Shown: piece after piece, positions 43,272-53,575 of the stretch | How positions within the stretch are numbered: position 1 is the stretch's first letter | Layout: every line of letters starts with the position of its first letter | Assembly (NCBI GenBank): GCA_963726745.1 | Contig: CAVSDR010000006.1 | Span: 864,001 to 928,000, forward strand | Length of the DNA: 64,000 nucleotides | From: an uncultured Verrucomicrobiae bacterium | GTDB lineage: Bacteria; Verrucomicrobiota; Verrucomicrobiia; Chthoniobacterales; UBA10450 | Direction of reading: 5' to 3' | Position numbers and translations under genes: made by a program | Notes under the pieces: generated by a model | Database searches by the model: none | Told to the model about the DNA's origin: nothing | What the model saw: only the letters and a program-made list of their open reading frames with translations

Positions 43272-44393
43272 ATGCACGATCCCCGCTTCGATAAATTGGC
43301 GCAGCTTCTTGTCGGCTATTCCACCCAGCTCCAGCGGGGCGAGAAGGTCTTGATCGAGTCCTTCGATATCCCGGACGCGATGACGATCGCGCTCATCCGC
43401 GCGGCGCGAAAAGCGGGCGCGATCCCATTTTCCCAAGTTCAGCGCGGCCGGATCACCCGCGAACTCGCGCTCGGCGCGAACGATGCGCAAATGGACCTGG
43501 CGGCGAAACACGAACTCGCGCGGATGAAGCAGATGGATGCTTACATCGGCCTGCGCGGCAGCGACAACATCACCGAGATGTCCGATGTGCCGGCGGAGCA
43601 GATGAAGCTGGTCATGCGCAAAATGCGCCCGGTGCAGGACCAGCGCGTGAAGAAGACCAAGTGGGTCGTGCTCCGCTGGCCGAGCCCGTCGATGGCGCAG
43701 CTCGCGGGCATGAGCACCGAGGCCTTCGAGGACTTCTATTTTGACGTCTGCACGCTCGACTATCGCAAACTCCAGCCCGGGATGAAGGCGCTGAAGGCCT
43801 TGATGGAAAAGACGGATCGCGTGGAGCTGAAGGGACCCGGGACCGACCTGCGTTTCAGCATCAAGGGCATCAATGCGATCATCTGCGGCGGCGACCGGAA
43901 CATCCCCGATGGCGAAGTTTTCAGCTGCCCGATCAAGAACTCCGTCGAAGGCCACGTGACCTTCAACGCCCCGAGCATCTACCAGGGAACCGGGTTCGAT
44001 AACGTGCGCTTCGAATTCCGCGAAGGGAAGATCGTCAAGGCGACGAGCAACGAGACCGCGAAGCTGAACAAGATCCTCGATTCCGATCCGGGCGCGCGCT
44101 ACATCGGCGAGTTCTCGTTAGGCTTCAATCCGTATATCCTGAAGCCGATGCGCGACATTCTCTTTGACGAGAAAATTGCCGGCTCGTTCCACTTCACCCC
44201 CGGCCAGGCTTACGAAGAGGCGGATAACGGCAACCGCAGCCAGGTCCATTGGGACCTGGTCAACATTCAACGGAAGGACTACGGCGGCGGCGAAGTCTGG
44301 TTTGACGGCGAGCTCATTCGCAAGGACGGCGACTTCCTCCCGAAGAACTTGCGTTCGCTCAACCGGAGCGCGTTTGCCAAGCGGCAAGGTTAG
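43272..44393 (+). CDS. Aminopeptidase (M29 family)
   Basis: [36 protein letters not shown]. Confidence 0.93.
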   Translation: MHDPRFDKLAQLLVGYSTQLQRGEKVLIESFDIPDAMTIALIRAARKAGAIPFSQVQRGRITRELALGANDAQMDLAAKHELARMKQMDAYIGLRGSDNITEMSDVPAEQMKLVMRKMRPVQDQRVKKTKWVVLRWPSPSMAQLAGMSTEAFEDFYFDVCTLDYRKLQPGMKALKALMEKTDRVELKGPGTDLRFSIKGINAIICGGDRNIPDGEVFSCPIKNSVEGHVTFNAPSIYQGTGFDNVRFEFREGKIVKATSNETAKLNKILDSDPGARYIGEFSLGFNPYILKPMRDILFDEKIAGSFHFTPGQAYEEADNGNRSQVHWDLVNIQRKDYGGGEVWFDGELIRKDGDFLPKNLRSLNRSAFAKRQG

Positions 44394-44432
44394 CCGACAA
44401 ATCGCTCGTTAGGCGACGGGGCTAGATAGCGG

Positions 44433-44465
44433 AAACAAAATGGCCCGCGCCGAAGCGCGGGCCAT
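44433..44465 (-). terminator. Rho-independent terminator
   Basis: On - strand ATGGCCCGCGC-TTCG-GCGCGGGCCAT followed by TTTGTTT. Confidence 0.85.
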
Positions 44466-44488
44466 CAAGATGAGTTGCTACGGAACGC

Positions 44489-47400
44489 TTAGCCGGCTTT
44501 CGGGCCGCCGTGCTGCGGGTTCAGCTGGAGCATGCCGATCTCGCCGGCACCACCGAGCTGGACGCTCGAGACTTCCATCACCGGGGCGCTCTCGGCGGAA
44601 CTGCCGGCGGCACCCGGGAGCTGCACGGTCACGTTCTTGGACGTGGAGTTCAGCACGATCGAGGCGATTTCAAATGAGGGCGAGAATTCCACCGTGGCGA
44701 TCTGGAAAGCACCGGTCACGTGCACGGAAGCCTGCGCCTGATGCGAAGGGGTCAGCTGCACCGGCGCCGCGTCCGACCCAGAGACGATCGACAAGCCGGC
44801 GATGTTAAACGTCGGCGAGCTGCTCACGCCAGGACGCTGCTGCTGCGATGGAGTCAGGCGGACAGTGCCGATGGCGTTGCCATTCAACTGCACATTCGCG
44901 ATCTCGAAGGTGACCTGCAGATTCATCGGCGCCGGGTTCTGCGACGGGGCCAACCGCATGGTGACGATGCGCGAAGTCGGCTTCAGCTGCAGCGCGCCCA
45001 TCTTGAAGCTCGGGGTGAGCTGGAGAGAGGCAATCTCGGTCGAGAAGGTCAACTGCACCGCGGTGTGCATGCCGCCACCCGTCTGCGGGCCGGTCGATTG
45101 CTGCTGCGCGCCTCCTTGCTGTGGCGCGGCTGCACCGCTCGTGGGCGCGTTGCTGCCAGTGCGAATAACGGGAGTGGGCGTGGGTTGGGTCGGTGTGGGC
45201 ATGGTTGGTTGGGTTGATTGCTGGGCCGGCGATTCGTCCGCGGCGGCCGGAATTGGTTCGACAGAATGGCGCACGGCATCCATCCCTGCAAGTCCGGTGG
45301 CGGCCACGGCGGCCAGGATCGGTTCCTCGGAGGTTTCGTTGGCGGCCGGAACGGTTTCCTCGGCGAAGACTTCGGCCGGAATTTCCGAAGCAACCGACTC
45401 AAGATGGGGAACCGGCTGGCCCTGGCCGAACGGTTCGCCCACAGGGGCGGGAGTTTCGACAAATTCGGCGGCTTCCGGCGCCTCGACTTTCGACTCGAAA
45501 ACCGTCGCATGCTCTCGTCATCGCCGGGGTCACCATTTGGGGGGCGGTGAACTCCTGCACTGAGGCAGAAGCCGGGATACTTTCCGCGATCGGAGCAAAC
45601 TCGCGCTCGGCCATCGCCGGCGCGGATTCCTCGGCGGCAATGCTGGCGAGAACGGGCGAGATTTCGACCGGCTGCGGTTCGCCGACGCCTTCGCTGAATT
45701 CCTGCGCCGGGACAGCTTCGATCGCCGCCGGGGCCGTCGCGGTCACGGTCGCTTCGCTCTGGCCGTATCCGTTGCCGTGGCCATTTCCATAGCCGTGGCC
45801 ATTCGCGTGTCCATTTGCATGGCCGTTGCCATTGCCAAATGGTCGGCTGTTTTTGCCCAGGGGCATGGTCGCCCGGCGCAAGGCTGGCTCGGAGGCGCGC
45901 AGCTGCAGGGAAACCTGCGGCGGACCGCCCGAGAGATGCGACGGACTAACGAGTTCTTCCGCCTCGGGCTCAGCGCCGATTTCATCGAGCGAAGGACCGC
46001 CCGCCGTTGCGAGCGAACGCGGCAGGGGCGCCGTCTGCGAGCGACGGCGCAGGATCGGGATGAGAACCCACGCGAGAATCACGAGCGCGGCGAGAAGCAG
46101 GCCCGCCATGATCATGGTGTTGCCTTGGAGATTGCCGGCTTTTTCTAGCCAAGTCGGCTCGGACCACTCCCGCACTTTCGCCGGAGCGAGCACGGTCGCC
46201 GGACTGGCGGCAGCCAAGGCGGTCGACTGCTCGGGCTCGGAAGGCTTCGCGACCACTGCGCGGGCCGCGGCGGGCGAAGCGGTTGAAGCCACCGGCGTTT
46301 CGACGCTCGGGGAAGCAGCCGCAAGAACCGTCGAAGCGGCAGGCGACTGCGCGGCGTGCGAGGTGGTCGCTTCCATGCCGGAGATTGCGGAGTCCGACTG
46401 CGCTGCGAGCGTGAGCGGATCGGCCGGCTTTTCGTTTTTAGCCAGCGAGATCGCAGGCAACGGTGTCGGCTCGAAGACCGGGGCGGCTGTCTCCGCGGGG
46501 CTGGCCTCGGCGACCGCAGTCGCAGGCGCCGCGGCGAGCTCGCTGCTCTGGAGCCAGCCGAGGTCGAAGAAGGCGTCGGCAAAAAGGCCATTGAGCGCAG
46601 CGGGATAGATCTTCCGCGCAGAGGTCACCCAGTCGTTCGCCTTGGTGGCGTTATCGTGTTTGAACTCCCAGGCGGCTTGCGCGTAGTAGAGCGCCGGCGT
46701 GTCGCCGGTGAATTGGAATTGCTCCATCATCTTCTGCGCGCGGGCGTCTTTGCCCTCGAGCAGGTAGGTCAGGTAGACCTTGTATTTGATCAGCTGCGCG
46801 GCGCGATCCTTGTCGGCACCCGTGGTCGAGGAAAAGAGCGTTTCGAAACGCGTGCGCGCCTTCTCGTATTCACCCTTCTTAAACGGCACCTGCGCGAGAT
46901 TGTATTGCGCGTCGCGCAGCTTTGGATCGAGCTTCGCGGCTTTGTGGAACTCGCTCTCGGCCTGCTCGAACTCCTTCTGCTCGAGCAAAATTTCCCCGCG
47001 CAGATTCGAGATCGCCGCCTGGTTGGGATCAGCCGCATCCGCGTCGTCGATCAACTTCCGGGCCGCGGTGAAATCCCGCTGCGCCAGCGCCTGTTCGGCT
47101 TCGTCATACTTCGACTTCGCATACGCCTTGGTCTTGGCCGCGCGCTCAGCCACCGAGTTCAATTCCAAAGCCGCGCGCGTCTGGCCGGCCGGCTTTTCGA
47201 GCCAGCCGACTTCGTAGAGCGACTCCGCGAAAAGCTTGTTCAGCTGCGGCGAGAAAGCTTTCTCAGCGGTGGTGAGCGCTTCCTTCGCGGCCGCTTCGTT
47301 CTTCGCGTGCAAGGCGATGGCCGCGTTCGCGTATTGCACCGCCGGAGTTTCCGGCGCGAGCTCGAACTTCGCGATCATCGACTGCACCATCTCCCCGTTC

Positions 47401-47852
47401 CCCTCCATCAGGTAGGTGATGAGAATCTTGTATTGGATCAGCTGCGTGGCCTCGCCCTGGAGCTCGGAGGCGTTGCCGTTCAGGAGTTCCTGGAAACGCT
47501 TCCGCGCTTCCGGCCAGTTCTTCTGCAGGAACGGGATCTCCGCGAGGTTGAAGCGCGCATTCCAGAATTTCGGGTCGGCCGCGAGCGCCTTTTGCAGCGC
47601 TTTCTCGGCGTTCGGGTAATCCTTCTGCCGCATGAGGATGACGCCACGGAGATTCTGCGACTCCGCGAGGTCCGGCTGGCGGGCATCAATCGCGTCGAGA
47701 TCCTTCAGGGCGCCGTCGTAGTTATTGGCGTCGAACTCACGGAAAGCTTTGTCGTACATCGCCTCCAATTCGCTCTTGGAAGGGGCGACATTGCTCGCGG
47801 CAAACGAGCTTAGCACCAGGAGGGCAATGGTGGCGTATTTACGGATCTTCAT
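44489..47852 (-). CDS. Large bitopic protein: exported TPR domain, TM helix, acidic Pro/Ala linker, duplicated beta-rich C-domain; one frameshift near 45515
   Basis: ORFs 45399-47852 and 44489-45442 join by one indel; TM MIMAGLLLAALVILAWVLIPIL followed by RRR. Confidence 0.72.
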
Positions 47853-47982
47853 GCGTGGATCGATGAAACTCGCGGCCCGTCAGCAAGACAAGTTCTTTTT
47901 GCCCGGGAGACGCTTCGCTGGGGCCAATTAAGCAGGAAACAAGCCCGCGCGGTCCGACATCGGTCGATCGCGTGCAGCTTTA

Positions 47983-48735
47983 CTACGCGTTTCGGTTCCC
48001 GATGATGCGCAGTCCTTCCAGGGTCAAACCGGGATGCACCGCGGCGATTTCCGGCATTTTTCTGGCCAGGAGGCCGGCGTAGCCGCCGGTCGCGACCACG
48101 TGCACCCGGCCGCGCGGGAACGCCTTCGCGCGAATCTGCGCGAGGATCTCGCGCACCAGCCCACGATAGCCGTAGATCGCGCCCGCGAGCATCGCTTCGC
48201 GGGTGGTTTTGCCGACTGGGCTGGGCGGCTCCCGCAAGGTCAGGCGCGGGAGCAACGCAGTGCGTTGATAGAGGAAATTAGTCATCGCCTCGAGCCCAGG
48301 GGCGATCACGCCGCCGATGTAATCCTTCTCGCGCGAGACCACGTCAAAGGTCACCGCCGTCCCAAAGTCGACCACGATCGCGGGTGCGCCGTAAAGTTCG
48401 GCCACGGCCGCGGCATTAGCCAGCCGGTCGGCGCCGATCGTCTCCGGTTCCGGGTAGTCAACGCCCACGCCGAGGTCGCAGCGTGCGTTGATGAAAAGGA
48501 GAGGCGTGCGACCGGCGGCTTTGCGGATGGCTTCGTTCCGCGCTGGGACGACGGAGGAGACGATGATCGCCCGCACTGCCTGCCGGCGCAGGATCTGGCG
48601 AAGCGCGGTCTGCGTCAGCTCGCGTGTGGGGATCTGTTCCGCTCGCCCTACGCGGCCGCTCGAGGCGCTGGCAAATTTCGTGAAGGAATTGCTCACGTCG
48701 ATGAGCAGGTAATCGCGCTTCCCGGCTGCGGGCAT
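47983..48735 (-). CDS. coaX: Type III pantothenate kinase
   Basis: IDVSNS; SSVVP; GADR; VDFGTAVT; GGVIAPG; ATGG. Confidence 0.93.
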   Translation of the reverse strand: MPAAGKRDYLLIDVSNSFTKFASASSGRVGRAEQIPTRELTQTALRQILRRQAVRAIIVSSVVPARNEAIRKAAGRTPLLFINARCDLGVGVDYPEPETIGADRLANAAAVAELYGAPAIVVDFGTAVTFDVVSREKDYIGGVIAPGLEAMTNFLYQRTALLPRLTLREPPSPVGKTTREAMLAGAIYGYRGLVREILAQIRAKAFPRGRVHVVATGGYAGLLARKMPEIAAVHPGLTLEGLRIIGNRNA

Positions 48736-48817
48736 CCCTGCGGCTACGCGGCCGGCGCGGCACCGTCAAGCACGTGGTGCGCTTGCGACCCTCTGGACGC
48801 GCGCTTAGCCTCGGCCG

Positions 48818-49804
48818 GTGAGAAAACTGGTCCATCGTCCGCGGCGTCTGCGGCGCTCCCCGGCGGTGCGCAATCTCGTCCGCGAGACCCGCCTGAGCGC
48901 GCACGATTTCATCCTGCCGCTCTTCATCAGCGAGAAGATCGAGGGCCGCCGCGAGATCGGGAGCATGCCGGGTGTCTTCCAGCACTCGTTAGCCGACGCG
49001 GTCGAGGAAGCGCGCCGGGCGGAAGCGCTCGGGCTCCAGGCGGTGTTGCTCTTCGGCATTCCCGCGGAGAAAGACGAGCAGGCCAGCGGCGCTTACGCGG
49101 AGAACGGCGTCGTGCAGCAGGCCGTGCGCGCGATCAAAGCGCAATGCCCGGAGCTCGTTGTGATCACCGACGTTTGCCTGTGCGAATACATGAGCCACGG
49201 GCATTGCGGCGTGACCCGGCAGGATGGCGCGCACTTTCACGTTTTGAATGACGAGAGCGTCGAGTTGCTGGCTAAAACCGCGCTCTCGCACGCGCAAGCC
49301 GGAGCGGATTTCGTCGCGCCGAGCGACATGATGGATGGCCGCATCGGCGCGGTGCGCGAGATGCTCGACGCGCACGGTTTCACCGAGACCGGGATCATCA
49401 GTTACGCGGTGAAATTTGCCAGCGCCTTCTACGGCCCGTTCCGGGAAGCGGCAGAGAGTCCGCCGCAATTCGGCGACCGCCGCAGTTACCAGATGGACCC
49501 GGCCAACGGGGCGGAAGCCTTGCGCGAAGCCGCGCTCGACGTGGAGGAAGGAGCCGACATTTTGATGGTGAAGCCGGCGCTGCCTTATCTCGACATTCTC
49601 TGGCGCGTGCGCGAGCGCTTTGCCCAGCCGACCGCGGTCTATCACGTGAGCGGCGAATTCTCGATGGTGAAAGCAGGCGCGGCCGCGGGTTACTTCGACG
49701 AACGCGCCGCCGTGCTCGAGATCATGACTTCGCTCAAGCGCGCCGGCGCGGACCTGATCGTGACCTATTGGGCGAAGGAGCTCGCGGAATGGACGCGAGC
49801 CTAA
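48818..49804 (+). CDS. hemB: Porphobilinogen synthase
   Basis: RPRRLR; DVCLCEYMSHGHCG; APSDMMDGR; FYGPFREA; MVKPA. Confidence 0.97.
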   Translation: MRKLVHRPRRLRRSPAVRNLVRETRLSAHDFILPLFISEKIEGRREIGSMPGVFQHSLADAVEEARRAEALGLQAVLLFGIPAEKDEQASGAYAENGVVQQAVRAIKAQCPELVVITDVCLCEYMSHGHCGVTRQDGAHFHVLNDESVELLAKTALSHAQAGADFVAPSDMMDGRIGAVREMLDAHGFTETGIISYAVKFASAFYGPFREAAESPPQFGDRRSYQMDPANGAEALREAALDVEEGADILMVKPALPYLDILWRVRERFAQPTAVYHVSGEFSMVKAGAAAGYFDERAAVLEIMTSLKRAGADLIVTYWAKELAEWTRA

Positions 49805-50520
49805 CGAGTCGTCGCGGCGAGACCGAGGCGCACCGGCGCTTGAAGAAGCGCGCGGTTCTCTGGGCCCAGGCGCAGGGCTTCACCGCCTGCGCCGTCGAGG
49901 TAAGCCTGCCGCAATGCCGTTACCGCGCTGATGTCGCCGGCTACCGGGCGCGCGGGAGCGAACCGGCCGCGACTGCGATCTTCGAATGCAAGCAGGTGCT
50001 CTCGGATCTCCGCCGCGACAATTGCCAAACGCAGGCGGCGCGTGCGCGGCTCGAAACGGTCCACCGCCGGCGCGAAGTGCTGGAGCGCAACCTGCGGGTG
50101 CACTACCCCACCTTGCGCGCGGGCGAGACGCTTTTCCCGGAGTTCGACGCGCACGATTTCAATGCCATCCGGCATGCGAGCTACACGCGGGTGATGCGGG
50201 AGCTGGGCGCGCTCCAGAAGAAGCTGCGCGGCGGGACGAAGTTCGAGTGCCTCACGCGCTACCGGAGCGCGAATCTTTTCTTTCTGGTCCTGCCTAACGA
50301 GTTGTATCGCGCGGCGGAAGTGCCGCCCGGCTGGGGCGTCCTCCTGGAAATAGACAGCAACCTCGCGCTCCGCCAAAAGCCGCTCTGGCACGAGAGCGGG
50401 CCGGAAATTCAGCTCCGGGTGCTGCAACGAATCGCGGTCGCAGGCACGCGGCACCTCAACCGCCAGCTCGAGCTGAGCTTCGACGAAGTCCTCGCAGAGC
50501 GCGCGCGTCGGTCCTCTTGA
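49789..50520 (+). CDS. PD-(D/E)XK-like protein resembling the MmcB family, with internal helical insertion
   Basis: EV...RADV...IFECKQ..SDLRRD and NLFFLVLP...EVPPGWGVL. Confidence 0.6.
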   Translation: MDASLTSRRGETEAHRRLKKRAVLWAQAQGFTACAVEVSLPQCRYRADVAGYRARGSEPAATAIFECKQVLSDLRRDNCQTQAARARLETVHRRREVLERNLRVHYPTLRAGETLFPEFDAHDFNAIRHASYTRVMRELGALQKKLRGGTKFECLTRYRSANLFFLVLPNELYRAAEVPPGWGVLLEIDSNLALRQKPLWHESGPEIQLRVLQRIAVAGTRHLNRQLELSFDEVLAERARRSS

Positions 50521-50564
50521 GCGGAGCGCAGCGGTGGCTCCACTTCGCTTCGGTCGGGATGACG

Positions 50565-52100
50565 TTAGGCGATTTTAGACAGCAGATTGTGCCCGGTCAT
50601 TTCCGCGGGCTGCGGCAGGCCGAGGAGGAACAGCAGCGTGGGCGCGACATCGGCAAGGATGCCATCCTCAACTCGGAAACTGGCGGCGTCCTGGGCCACG
50701 TAGAGCAAGTGCACCAGGTTGGTGGTGTGCGCAGTATTCGGCGAGCCGTCGGCATTCCGCATCTGCTCGCAATTCCCATGATCGGCGGTGAGCAAGGCCT
50801 TGCCGCCTAACGAGAGCAAGCGCTCCACGATCCGGCCGACGCAGGCGTCGATCGTCTCGACCGCGCGCACACCCGCTTCGACCACGCCGGTGTGGCCGAC
50901 CATGTCGGGGTTGGCAAAGTTGAGGATGATCAGATCGAATTGATCCAGGTTCGCGAGCACGGTCTCGGTGACTTCCAAGGCGCTCATTTGCGGCCGGAGA
51001 TCGTAGGTCGCGACTTTAGGCGACGGGATGATCTTGCGCTCTTCGCCGGGGAACGAGCGCTCCACCCCGCCGTTAAAGAAGTAGGTTACGTGCGGGTATT
51101 TCTCGGTCTCGGCGATGCGCAACTGCGTCCGGCCTGCGGCACTAACGACTTCGCCAAGGATGTGCTCGAGGACTGCGGGGGCGAAGACGTAAGGCGCCCC
51201 GTATTTCACATCGTACTGCGTGAGGGTGACGTAATGCACCCGCGGATGGACCTCGCGGTCAAAGCCGTCGAAGTCGTCGTCGAGGAAGGCATTCGAAAGC
51301 TGGCGCGCGCGATCCGCACGGAAGTTAAAGAAGAGGACGACATCGCCATCGCGCACACGTTGTTCGTTAGGCCGCTCGAAGAGGAGCGCGGGCAGGAATT
51401 CATCGGTCTGGCCGCGCTCGTATTCCGCGCTGACTGCGGCCGAGGGCGAGAGCTCGGTGAATTCTCCGCGCCCGAGCACGATCGCATCCCAGGCGAGCTT
51501 GGTGCGTTCCCAGCGGCGGTCGCGATCCATCGCAAAGTAACGCCCGACCACCGTCGCGATGCGCGCGCCGCTGTCCTTTAACTCCGCGCTGCAACTTGCG
51601 AGAAACCCAGCCCCGCCGGTGGGCGAGGTGTCGCGGCCGTCAGTAAAAGCGTGCACCATGATGTCGGCTACGCCGGCAGCTTGCGCGACCTTGGCCAACG
51701 CCACGAGATGCGCGTAGTGGCTGTGGACGCCACCATCGGAAACGAGCCCGAGCAGATGGAGTCGCGCGCCGCGCGCCTGCGCGAAGGCCTCGCGCAGGAC
51801 GGTGTTTTGCGCGAGCTCGCCGTCCGCGATCGCCTGGTTGATCCGCGTGAGGTCTTGATAAACGATTCGCCCCGCGCCGAGATTCAGGTGGCCGACTTCC
51901 GAGTTACCCATCTGTCCGGGAGGCAGGCCGACATCAAGCCCGCTGGCGCTCAAACGGCCGGCCGGATAGCGCTGGTAAAGCGCGTCGTGCACCGGGGTGC
52001 GCGCGAGCAGGGTGGCGTCGCCATTGGCTTCGCATTGCGCGCGGCCGCCGGGGTTGATCCCCCAGCCATCGCGGATGATCAACAAGACGGGTGCGGGCAT
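50565..52100 (-). CDS. gpmI: 2,3-bisphosphoglycerate-independent phosphoglycerate mutase
   Basis: DGWG; MGNSEVGH; DGRD; GRYFAMDRD; AETEKYPHVT; NPDMVGHTG; TADHGN. Confidence 0.97.
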   Translation of the reverse strand: MPAPVLLIIRDGWGINPGGRAQCEANGDATLLARTPVHDALYQRYPAGRLSASGLDVGLPPGQMGNSEVGHLNLGAGRIVYQDLTRINQAIADGELAQNTVLREAFAQARGARLHLLGLVSDGGVHSHYAHLVALAKVAQAAGVADIMVHAFTDGRDTSPTGGAGFLASCSAELKDSGARIATVVGRYFAMDRDRRWERTKLAWDAIVLGRGEFTELSPSAAVSAEYERGQTDEFLPALLFERPNEQRVRDGDVVLFFNFRADRARQLSNAFLDDDFDGFDREVHPRVHYVTLTQYDVKYGAPYVFAPAVLEHILGEVVSAAGRTQLRIAETEKYPHVTYFFNGGVERSFPGEERKIIPSPKVATYDLRPQMSALEVTETVLANLDQFDLIILNFANPDMVGHTGVVEAGVRAVETIDACVGRIVERLLSLGGKALLTADHGNCEQMRNADGSPNTAHTTNLVHLLYVAQDAASFRVEDGILADVAPTLLFLLGLPQPAEMTGHNLLSKIA

Positions 52101-52185
52101 GTCCTGCGACTCTGCCGACAAGCTTGCCGGGCTCAAGCGGGTTCTTTCGTTGACAGAGCCGCGCCGGCGCACCTAGATCGCGCAG

Positions 52186-53484
52186 ATGAAGTGGCGGAAC
52201 CAGTTGATCGCGCTTTTCTGCCTGCTGCTCTTCGTCGCGCTGGGCGTGGTTTACTTTAAAAACTGGGTGGTGCAGAAGCCGTTTGGGATCATTCTCTTCA
52301 TCGGCGAAGGGCTTGACCCGACCCGCCTGGCGGTCGCGCGGATCTACGCTTCCGGAGCGCAGCGCCCGCTCCATCTCGATGCGCTCAATTACAGCGCGCT
52401 GCTAAAAACGTATGGGAGCGATGCCGCAACCCCGGACCAGGCCGCGGCCGCAAGCGCGCTGGCCACCGGCGCGAAGGTCCCCAACGGATCCCTGGGCGTG
52501 GACGCAACTGGCAAAGCGCTGGCTAATCTGATGGAGCTGGCTCACCAAAGTGGGCGCATGACCGGCCTGGTGACCGACGTGCGCCTGACCGAGCCAACTG
52601 CGGCCAGCTTCTACGCGCATACCACCGAGAAAGACGACCGGCAGAAGATCGCGCAGGAGCTGGCCGAGAGCGGACAGATCGACATTCTCCTGGGCGGCGG
52701 CGGCGCAGATTTTCTCCCGCCAGCCAAGGGCGGCACGCGCACGGACGAGCGCGATCTTCTCCAGGAAATGGCCGACGCCGGTTACGACATGGTGCAGAAC
52801 CTCGACGATCTCGAGGACCTGCCGCGCTGGCGCCGGGCAAAAGCCGTGGGCATTTTTGCCGCAGGGGAAATGGCGTTTGCCGATGACGACGAGGCGCGAC
52901 CGGTGCAACCGACGTTGCCTGACATGGTCCGGCGCGCGATCGAGCTGCTGCAGTTTAATCGCGAAGGCTATTTCCTGGTGGTCGACGCCGGGCTAATGCG
53001 ACGCGCGGCGCAGCGGAATGATGCCGAGCGCACGCTCGGGCAGCTGCTCGAACTCGACCGCGCCGTGGGCGTGGCCTTGGAATACACTGGCAGCAAGTCG
53101 GCAATTTTTGTCACTGGCGACGTGGGACTCGGCGGGATGAGCTTGAATGGTTTCCCGCCGCGCGACCGCAGCGGGGCCGTTTGGCTCGGCTCTGGAGGCG
53201 ACGCCTCGCTCACCTGGGCCACGGGCCCCAACGGTCCCCCACTCGTCCGCCTGGTGCCGGAAGCGATCGTCGCGCCCTCGCCGGAGGCGACGGACGAATC
53301 CTCCGCCCTTCAGCTGGGCCCGAACCCGCCGAAACTGCGCAGCCAGCCAGCAGCGATTTTCCAGGAGCTGGCGGCGCCTACCGCGACCGACGTGCTCGTT
53401 TTAGGCAACGGCTTAGGCGCGGAGGACCTCCACGGGATCATGGAAAACACCCACCTGTTCGAGATCATCCAGGACGACCTTTAG
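52186..53484 (+). CDS. Alkaline-phosphatase-fold membrane-anchored protein with degenerate active site
   Basis: ILFIGEG; PDQAAAASALATG; GLVT; DILLGGG; QPTLPDMV; GYFLVVD; MENTHLF align to the PhoA scaffold. Confidence 0.8.
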   Translation: MKWRNQLIALFCLLLFVALGVVYFKNWVVQKPFGIILFIGEGLDPTRLAVARIYASGAQRPLHLDALNYSALLKTYGSDAATPDQAAAASALATGAKVPNGSLGVDATGKALANLMELAHQSGRMTGLVTDVRLTEPTAASFYAHTTEKDDRQKIAQELAESGQIDILLGGGGADFLPPAKGGTRTDERDLLQEMADAGYDMVQNLDDLEDLPRWRRAKAVGIFAAGEMAFADDDEARPVQPTLPDMVRRAIELLQFNREGYFLVVDAGLMRRAAQRNDAERTLGQLLELDRAVGVALEYTGSKSAIFVTGDVGLGGMSLNGFPPRDRSGAVWLGSGGDASLTWATGPNGPPLVRLVPEAIVAPSPEATDESSALQLGPNPPKLRSQPAAIFQELAAPTATDVLVLGNGLGAEDLHGIMENTHLFEIIQDDL

Positions 53485-53502
53485 CCAGCAGCATCCGCCC
53501 GG

Positions 53503-53551
53503 AAAAAAAACAAATCCCGCCAGCCGGCCGGGGAGCCGATTGGCGGGATTG
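53503..53551 (-). terminator. Rho-independent terminator of 53576-54928
   Basis: AATCCCGCCA...TGGCGGGATT stem next to A8 (U8 on - strand). Confidence 0.75.
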
Positions 53552-53575
53552 TGGGGAATGGAACTCTCGGAAAAA

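Noticed and set aside
8500..45520. Pseudogenes or programmed frameshifting at the frame breaks
   Set aside because: No shared slippery sequence, no other decay, and normally essential genes are affected; assembly error is more parsimonious
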